Shown here: one piece after another, positions 58,518 to 64,000 of the stretch | Layout: every line of letters begins with the position of its first letter | Numbering within the stretch: position 1 is the stretch's first letter | Notes under the pieces: model-generated | What the model saw: the letters and a program-made list of their open reading frames with translations, nothing else | Told to the model about the DNA's origin: nothing | The model's database searches: none | IMG/VR virus record: IMGVR_UViG_3300025668_000745 | Location: 20,644-84,643 of that record | Direction: 5' to 3' (one strand) | Length of the DNA stretch: 64,000 nucleotides | Origin: a virus | Position numbers and translations under genes: made by a program

Positions 58518-59817
58518 AATGTGCCGTAACTCCAAATGGACCTTTTATATTACGTTGAAGGTCACCGTGTACTAAGAATACTGTATCACAATAGTCTGGG
58601 TCGCCCCAGCTATCCCAAGCGTATCCGTCTGTAAACATAATAAACTTTTTTGGTTGGATATCATTTTGTTTCATGTATGTCCAGTTAACCATAAAGTCTG
58701 TGCCACCACCGCCTTTAATGTCATATTCGGTTATCATTCTTCCGTCGTCTGCACTAAAGTCATCTTCATTATACACTTCAGTGTCAAAGCACCAAATTTT
58801 AATGTTGTAGTCTTTGTATTCATCCATAATACCTTTTATTTCAGAAAGAAAAATTCTTGCTTGAGTATTACCGATTGACCCGCTCATATCTAATGCAATA
58901 CAAATATCAATAGTTTCTTCAAAATTCATACCTGGAAGAATAGCGCCTGTATGCCAACCTTTACGTGAAGGACGTATAAACGTATAATCGTTTTTAATTG
59001 TACTTTGTATTTGTTGTCTAAGAATCTCACGCCAGTTCATTTTAGGCTCTGTAAGATCTTTAATCATACGTGCAACACCTGCAGGAATATTACCGGCACC
59101 TGCTGTCTGTGCTGCCGAAATCATGCCTTCTTTAATTTCGTCACGTATTTTTTTAAGTTCTTCTTTAGAATATGAAGGACGACCGCCTTGACTTTTACCT
59201 GAACCTGGGGTGTTACTGTCTCCATCGCCAGCACCATCGTTAGCTTCCCAATCAACATGTTCGTCTAATAGTTCACCAAGTTGTTTTAGTTCTTCATCGT
59301 CATACTTGCCAAAGATGTCATCGTATACTTCTTCTGATGTCCAACCTTCATATTTAAAGTCTTGAAAGCAATCAATAAATGTTGGCTTAGTACCAATGCG
59401 ATCACGTACTAAGGTATTATTTACAATATAGTCTGCGGCAATGTTGTAAATTTGTGGATCTCTATCATCTCGACGTGCTAAGTGATCAAATACACAATGC
59501 AGAATTTCGTGTGCAATAACAAACTCAACTTCTTTGTTTGACATTGCATTAAAGAACTGTGTATTGTAATATAAATTACGTCCGTCAACAGCGGCAGTAG
59601 GACACCAGTCGTCTGCCGCTTTAATGATTAAACGTGTTGCCATGTTACCAAAGAAAGGATGGCGAAGTAGTAATCCTACACGAGCAATAATAATACGATC
59701 TAATACTTCAACTCGCATTTCTTCTAATGCTTCTGGAGTAATATCAGGGTCTGGAGACCAATTCTTTTTACCTTCTAAGTTGTATAGTACATCTGAATTA
59801 AAAAAATCTAAAGGCAT
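58495..59817 (-). CDS. Metallopeptidase-like (HExxH) plus vWA domain protein (DUF2201-like)
   Basis: PTAAVDG, AHEILHC, NIAADY.VN, MIDAS DMSGS, GGGGTDF, FTDG. Start at 59817 after SD AAGGAG. Confidence 0.85.
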   Translation of the reverse strand: MPLDFFNSDVLYNLEGKKNWSPDPDITPEALEEMRVEVLDRIIIARVGLLLRHPFFGNMATRLIIKAADDWCPTAAVDGRNLYYNTQFFNAMSNKEVEFVIAHEILHCVFDHLARRDDRDPQIYNIAADYIVNNTLVRDRIGTKPTFIDCFQDFKYEGWTSEEVYDDIFGKYDDEELKQLGELLDEHVDWEANDGAGDGDSNTPGSGKSQGGRPSYSKEELKKIRDEIKEGMISAAQTAGAGNIPAGVARMIKDLTEPKMNWREILRQQIQSTIKNDYTFIRPSRKGWHTGAILPGMNFEETIDICIALDMSGSIGNTQARIFLSEIKGIMDEYKDYNIKIWCFDTEVYNEDDFSADDGRMITEYDIKGGGGTDFMVNWTYMKQNDIQPKKFIMFTDGYAWDSWGDPDYCDTVFLVHGDLQRNIKGPFGVTAHYEESIAA

Positions 59818-59827
59818 AACCTTCTCC

Positions 59828-60916
59828 TTATGCTGATTGTGCCGCAGTAATATACTTACCATAACGTTCGTGGAACTCGTCAAAACACTCAACCTCGTCT
59901 GGGTCAATTGGAAGGCTGTATTGTGTAAGTGCAAGTTTGATACCCATAACAACTAACTCGGTGTCAAAGTTATCCATTGCAAAGCGCAAGAAGTTGTTAA
60001 CTTTTTCGTCAAACTTCTTATCGTTTTTATTTACTGCTTCTTTTAGTTCGTAACATAGTGATACAGTTAACGAATACATAGCACTAATTTCTTTGTTTTT
60101 TAGTTCACTTACTTTACCTGCAAGAATGTCAGTTGGGTTAGGCATTTTAGATGCAACTTTGCGGTGCGCCATAAACTTTACAGCAAGACCCTCGCCTACT
60201 GATCCGCTTACAAGATCTGTTGTAGTTTCTTCATCTTCACCGTCTTCTAACAGTTCTGATACAAATGACCATGAACGAGGCGTAGCAAACGAACGACTTG
60301 GACTTTTAGGATCAAAGTCATATAAGTCTTTTTTACTAAATGTTAAGTAACCTACAACATCAGTATTTTGATTATTGTCTACAGCCCATTCAAACCAATC
60401 GTCAAAGTTAACTGCAAGCTCTAAGTGTACAAAGCGATTTGCCAACGGTGCTGGCATACGGTATGTAACACCTTTGTCCGACTCGCGGTTACCTGCCGCA
60501 ATAATAGTAACATTGTCTGGAAGTTTGTAAGTGCCAACTCTACGATTAAGAATAAGTTGGTATGCTGCCGCTTGTACTGCCGGAGCCGCAGAGTTCATTT
60601 CGTCTAAGAACAATACAATGTTGTCATACTTAGCAGCCATTTCTTCATCTGGTAATTCGCTCGGTGCGCCCCACACCATTTTACCAATATTTGAATCAAA
60701 GTATGGAATACCTTTAATATCTGTAGGTTCCCATAATGACAAACGAATATCAATTAGATGACTTTTAGGTAGTGTATTTGTAACCTGTGCTACAATATCT
60801 GACTTACCAATGCCTGGAGGTCCCCAAAGAAAGATTGGACGTTGTTTCTTCATAGCACGTAAAATGCTACGCTTTGCTTTGTTAGGTGATACTGTACGAG
60901 TTGCAATATTTTCCAT
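59828..60916 (-). CDS. MoxR-like AAA+ ATPase
   Basis: Walker A GPPGIGKS, Walker B LFLDE, AAGNR, PLANRF, TPRSW. Confidence 0.9.
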   Translation of the reverse strand: MENIATRTVSPNKAKRSILRAMKKQRPIFLWGPPGIGKSDIVAQVTNTLPKSHLIDIRLSLWEPTDIKGIPYFDSNIGKMVWGAPSELPDEEMAAKYDNIVLFLDEMNSAAPAVQAAAYQLILNRRVGTYKLPDNVTIIAAGNRESDKGVTYRMPAPLANRFVHLELAVNFDDWFEWAVDNNQNTDVVGYLTFSKKDLYDFDPKSPSRSFATPRSWSFVSELLEDGEDEETTTDLVSGSVGEGLAVKFMAHRKVASKMPNPTDILAGKVSELKNKEISAMYSLTVSLCYELKEAVNKNDKKFDEKVNNFLRFAMDNFDTELVVMGIKLALTQYSLPIDPDEVECFDEFHERYGKYITAAQSA

Positions 60917-60950
60917 TGTGTTTGCCCTTTGTTGCTTTTGCTATACTACT

Positions 60951-60979
60951 AATATAATACATCTTGAAGCAAAAGTCAA
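60951..60979 (-). promoter_or_regulatory. Sigma70-type promoter
   Basis: TTGACT, 17 bp, TATATT on the minus strand upstream of the AAA gene. Confidence 0.7.
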
Positions 60980-61356
60980 TCAGTTTTGGTAAACTTTTTC
61001 AAAGTTTTTGTCATACCATATCGGTTAATGTCTCCTGAGAAAAGACTTAGTTCGACTGCTTTCTTTTCGCTCGTAACATATATTCCAGACTGTGTTAAAA
61101 AATAAGGACAGTCGATAAACTTATCTAAGAAAATTATTACTTGTGATGTAAGTTTCATTTCTTTAGGAAACGGAACATCGTACATAGTAATATTGAGTTG
61201 ATGAAGCATATCAAAACCTTCATCAGTAAGACGTAATCCGCCAACTTGTTTATCTCGAGTATTCTTCCACCATAGCTTTAAATGTTGTTCTACAGCAATG
61301 TCATCTGTACTTTTATCTAAATGTTTGAGGAATACTTTAGTGTATTGTTGTTTCAT
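60976..61356 (-). CDS. Hypothetical protein
   Basis: 126 aa; WW.N.R..GLRLT..G motif; ATGA overlap. Confidence 0.7.
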   Translation of the reverse strand: MKQQYTKVFLKHLDKSTDDIAVEQHLKLWWKNTRDKQVGGLRLTDEGFDMLHQLNITMYDVPFPKEMKLTSQVIIFLDKFIDCPYFLTQSGIYVTSEKKAVELSLFSGDINRYGMTKTLKKFTKTD

Positions 61357-61643
61357 ATTACAGAAACTTCATCGCCTTGTGTGAGTTTATGTACTGCAAA
61401 GTCTTTACAATTAAACATTTTATTTAATTTTTTAGCAAGATTTATTGCATGACCGGGATTAGAGAATGACACTTTCTTGTATTTTGGCCCAGGATAGTTT
61501 GTAACTATGTTCATAGACTTTAAATTAAACGGTTTTCCGAGATAAAACACTGCCCATATAGCTTCTGATTCGAGTACTTGCTCGCTTTTATAAGTTACTT
61601 TGTCTATTTTTTCTAATAGAATCGTCGGTTTTGGTCTACTCAT
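61353..61643 (-). CDS. Hypothetical protein
   Basis: 96 aa; MSRPKP..GPKYKKVSFSNPGHA.NLAKKLN. Confidence 0.75.
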   Translation of the reverse strand: MSRPKPTILLEKIDKVTYKSEQVLESEAIWAVFYLGKPFNLKSMNIVTNYPGPKYKKVSFSNPGHAINLAKKLNKMFNCKDFAVHKLTQGDEVSVI

Positions 61644-61680
61644 ATGCGTAATCCTTTTGTAATATACGCATATATTTATC
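61641..61680 (-). promoter_or_regulatory. Late promoter GATAAATA overlapping a 9-bp hairpin that occludes the start codon
   Basis: Minus strand reads GATAAAT-ATATGCGTA-TATTACAAAAGGAT-TACGCATAT-G; arms at 61665-61673 and 61642-61650. Confidence 0.7.
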
Positions 61681-61707
61681 CAAAAAAGTAGTAATATACA
61701 GTTATAT

Positions 61708-61938
61708 CTAAAACTTTTCGCCTTCTAAAATAACACTTATTACTTCTTCGGTGTTATTATTCTTAGATATTAGTTCTTCGAGATCACCATTTAGTCGTGC
61801 TAATAATTCGGCTAACGTAAAAGTAATAGACTTAGCAGTTTGAATATCAATTCTAATTTCTCGTTGATTACTACTATCAGCAGTTTTTACTTGTTGAATA
61901 AATTTTTCAATAGGGAACGTGTTTACTGGATCTTTCAT
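61708..61938 (-). CDS. Small hypothetical protein
   Basis: 76 aa; ATGA overlap with the upstream gene. Confidence 0.6.
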   Translation of the reverse strand: MKDPVNTFPIEKFIQQVKTADSSNQREIRIDIQTAKSITFTLAELLARLNGDLEELISKNNNTEEVISVILEGEKF

Positions 61939-62408
61939 TTCTTAGCTTTCTTATTTGCTAAACCTAACTTGTGCTTCATTTCTAATTCAGATAAAAACGG
62001 TCCTTGATAGTTGTAACGTTCAAGTGTAATTAACTTTGGACAGAAACTTTTAACCCAGCCTTTATCAAATCTAATAATATAATATCCTGCACTATATAAA
62101 CTTGTAGATTTTTTACTTTTTGTAAAAAGAGGCAGTTTTTGTTTTACATTATAAACAGCATTCTTAGGTGCTACATTAGTAGGATAACCGTGTACTTCAA
62201 AATCTGATTGTACTTCTATTACATTTTCATAAAATATAGTATTACCTAACTCTTTCTTAAGAGTCTTTTTATCTTTAAAAAACTTTTGTGTTAACGGAGT
62301 GCTTAACATGTATCGGTCTTCGTCATAGCTTAACGTGCCAATTTTATTATTGCCGCTTTCAACTATCCAAAACTTATTTTTTAGAATTTCTTTTGCTTTG
62401 ATTGTCAT
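61935..62408 (-). CDS. Hypothetical protein
   Basis: 157 aa; LPLFTK..S.S.Y.AGYY..W..FCPKLITL.RY.Y.GPF; SD AAGG. Confidence 0.7.
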   Translation of the reverse strand: MTIKAKEILKNKFWIVESGNNKIGTLSYDEDRYMLSTPLTQKFFKDKKTLKKELGNTIFYENVIEVQSDFEVHGYPTNVAPKNAVYNVKQKLPLFTKSKKSTSLYSAGYYIIRFDKGWVKSFCPKLITLERYNYQGPFLSELEMKHKLGLANKKAKK

Positions 62409-63388
62409 TTAATATACCTTGCTTGTAATGGGGTTGCATAAAGTGCCGCTTGATCTGCAATACGTTGCATATCCCACTTGGCACAAAACTTCATAAGACG
62501 CATACCTACTTGTGTTATATCTTTGCTTTCTACTGTCTGAATAATATTATCGATAGTTTCTCTAATATGTGCAGGTTGTGCTGTAAGATCGCACAATGTA
62601 ACATTACGGTTGTAGTCATCAAGTACACGATGTTCTACGCCTTCATGATCTACCCAACGCTGTAGCATCATGTTGTTCCAGTTATAACCTTTAGTGTGTT
62701 TATCTTCATATGCTTCAATTAGTCCAACTTTGTTCTTAGTGCCTTTCTTACGTACACCAGGATACGCACTAAACACGTTATCACTTGTGTCGCCACGCAT
62801 ACACTTTTCAAACAGCATAAAGTCAGGCTGCGGCGCTGGCTTCTCTTCTTTAGTTTTCTTATCAATTACAGGCTTGCCGTTGTCGTCAAAGTAACCCTCA
62901 TGTGTAATAGTAACATTCTGTATACCGTTGTACTGCTTACAATTAGGTGCAATAAGTTGCGCAAAGTCACCGTCGGTACTAAGAATAACATGATTATCAT
63001 TGGGATGATTCTGTACCCAACCTGCAATAAGATCGTCAGCTTCTAACACAGGATTTTGTAAAACAGTGCAGTTAGTCTTCTCTGATACAAAGTTCTTAAA
63101 TTCGTCAAAGATCTCAAAAAAGACTTTGTCTTCATCTGCTTGTGCAGGAGTCATTGCATCTCGAGTCTCTTTGCGGTTACGTTTGTAAGGCTCATAAAAG
63201 TCTTTGCGCCAGCTACGTCCTTCTAAACAAAATACAATATGATCAGCATCAAAGTCACGCCATGCTTTCTTAACGCCATTAAGCGTAATATGTAGGGCCA
63301 TACCTACCTTAGTGTCAATGTCGCCACGTACTACATGCCTTGCACGAAAGAACGTGTTGAGTGTATCTACGAGAATATAAGTTGCCAT
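62405..63388 (-). CDS. rnh: T4 RNase H-like 5'-3' exonuclease / flap nuclease
   Basis: ILVD..N.FFR, SWRK..Y..YK.NR, EADDLIA, STDGDFAQL and GDTSDNV acidic motifs of the FEN/5'-nuclease family. Confidence 0.85.
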   Translation of the reverse strand: MATYILVDTLNTFFRARHVVRGDIDTKVGMALHITLNGVKKAWRDFDADHIVFCLEGRSWRKDFYEPYKRNRKETRDAMTPAQADEDKVFFEIFDEFKNFVSEKTNCTVLQNPVLEADDLIAGWVQNHPNDNHVILSTDGDFAQLIAPNCKQYNGIQNVTITHEGYFDDNGKPVIDKKTKEEKPAPQPDFMLFEKCMRGDTSDNVFSAYPGVRKKGTKNKVGLIEAYEDKHTKGYNWNNMMLQRWVDHEGVEHRVLDDYNRNVTLCDLTAQPAHIRETIDNIIQTVESKDITQVGMRLMKFCAKWDMQRIADQAALYATPLQARYIK

Positions 63389-63417
63389 TAGTTTGCCTCT
63401 GTGTAATTTATAGTATT

Positions 63418-63446
63418 ATTATAGCACCAGATCTGGCTGTTGTCAA
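63418..63446 (-). promoter_or_regulatory. Consensus sigma70 (early) promoter with extended -10
   Basis: TTGACA, 17 bp, TATAAT, with TG at -15/-14; the spacer holds the palindrome CCAGATCTGG (63427-63436). Confidence 0.85.
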
Positions 63447-63449
63447 CCA

Positions 63450-63842
63450 TTAAGATATTTCACTCTTGCCCTTGTCAATTGGAACTACATTAATATACCC
63501 TGCTCCAGTTTTAGGATCTTGACCTTCTTCTCCCAGCATTTGTGATACAATAGTTCTAAACCATGCATCAACAATCTGCTCATTTGATTCACCGCTATAT
63601 CCTGCGTCAAGTAATTGTTCAATAAACTCATTATTCCAATCGAGCTCAAAGAACCCGTTTCGAATGTTATCAGGATTAACTTGCGTATCTAATACAGCAA
63701 CCCATGCTTCGCCCTTCTTAGTAGCAAGTTCTTTTTCTGATTCTAATGCTTCTCTACGAAGATCTTCAGCAGTTTTTACTTTTTCGTCAACTTGCTCTTT
63801 TTCTTTCTTTTTGTCTCTTACGAGTTTATTCCACCAGCTCAT
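63450..63842 (-). CDS. Hypothetical protein
   Basis: 130 aa; GFFELDWN..FI..L..GY.G..VD.WF. Confidence 0.7.
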   Translation of the reverse strand: MSWWNKLVRDKKKEKEQVDEKVKTAEDLRREALESEKELATKKGEAWVAVLDTQVNPDNIRNGFFELDWNNEFIEQLLDAGYSGESNEQIVDAWFRTIVSQMLGEEGQDPKTGAGYINVVPIDKGKSEIS

Positions 63843-64000
63843 TAGTATTCCACCGTTTGTTTTAAATATTGTATTTCAATTTGTTTAGCACTAACTTCTT
63901 CACTATAGCCATCATCGATTCTATAGGTTACTCCTTGCTTATACAATTTGATATTTAGTTTGTTAAGATCTTTAATAAGTGTATTAAGTTCCTTAACCAT
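63842..64000 (-). CDS. Hypothetical protein, possibly 5'-truncated (not in the ORF track)
   Basis: Manual translation gives MVKELNTLIKDLNKLNIKLYKQGVTYRIDDGYSEEVSAKQIEIQYLKQTVEY*, with a TAATG overlap into the next gene. Confidence 0.55.
   Translation of the reverse strand: MVKELNTLIKDLNKLNIKLYKQGVTYRIDDGYSEEVSAKQIEIQYLKQTVEY

Noticed and set aside
284-63888. Numerous 60-230-aa ORFs antisense to or nested in long genes (e.g. 11606-12289, 57762-58115, 10138-10500)
   Set aside because: Shadow ORFs of the real coding strand, with no SD, motifs or independent context.
1-64000. Stop-codon reassignment, tRNAs, CRISPR arrays, rho-independent terminators
   Set aside because: Genes are full-length in the standard code and end in TAA, TGA or TAG. 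Intergenic gaps are too short for arrays or tRNAs. No convincing GC hairpin plus U-tract was seen by eye.

Overview
A 64-kb, AT-rich, very gene-dense fragment of a large T4-like (jumbo) myophage genome, read in the standard genetic code. I saw no tRNA, rRNA, CRISPR array, integrase or transposase. It has three parts. (1) 1-17.4 kb, + strand: virion structural genes, namely a 5'-truncated >3400-aa baseplate/virion protein, a conserved 204-aa protein, three paralogous tail/baseplate fibre proteins and one more structural protein, several preceded by TAAATA late-promoter motifs. (2) 17.4-55.1 kb: a roughly 38-kb island of tailoring enzymes. It holds 3 glycosyltransferase-like genes, 2 methyltransferase-like genes, 5 SGNH-like proteins and 15 radical SAM enzymes (11 in an unbroken tandem array, 8 with an N-terminal twitch domain, one split from its SPASM domain, one class-B-like). 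It also holds about 8 Fe(II)/2OG, TauD or cupin oxygenases, a PLP enzyme, 2 flavodoxin-fold reductases, a nitroreductase, a peroxiredoxin, a GNAT-like protein and a fatty-acid desaturase. (3) 55.2-64 kb, - strand: a tail fibre, hypothetical proteins, a MoxR-like AAA+/vWA-metallopeptidase pair and a T4 RNase H-like 5'-3' nuclease under sigma70-type promoters. The best candidate for an undescribed system is the radical-SAM/SGNH/oxygenase/glycosyltransferase island wedged between tail genes, which I hypothesise is a combinatorial virion-glycan modification pathway. Also notable are recurring late-promoter/RBS-occluding hairpins and leaderless promoters. All product calls come from motifs recognised by eye; no database search was run.
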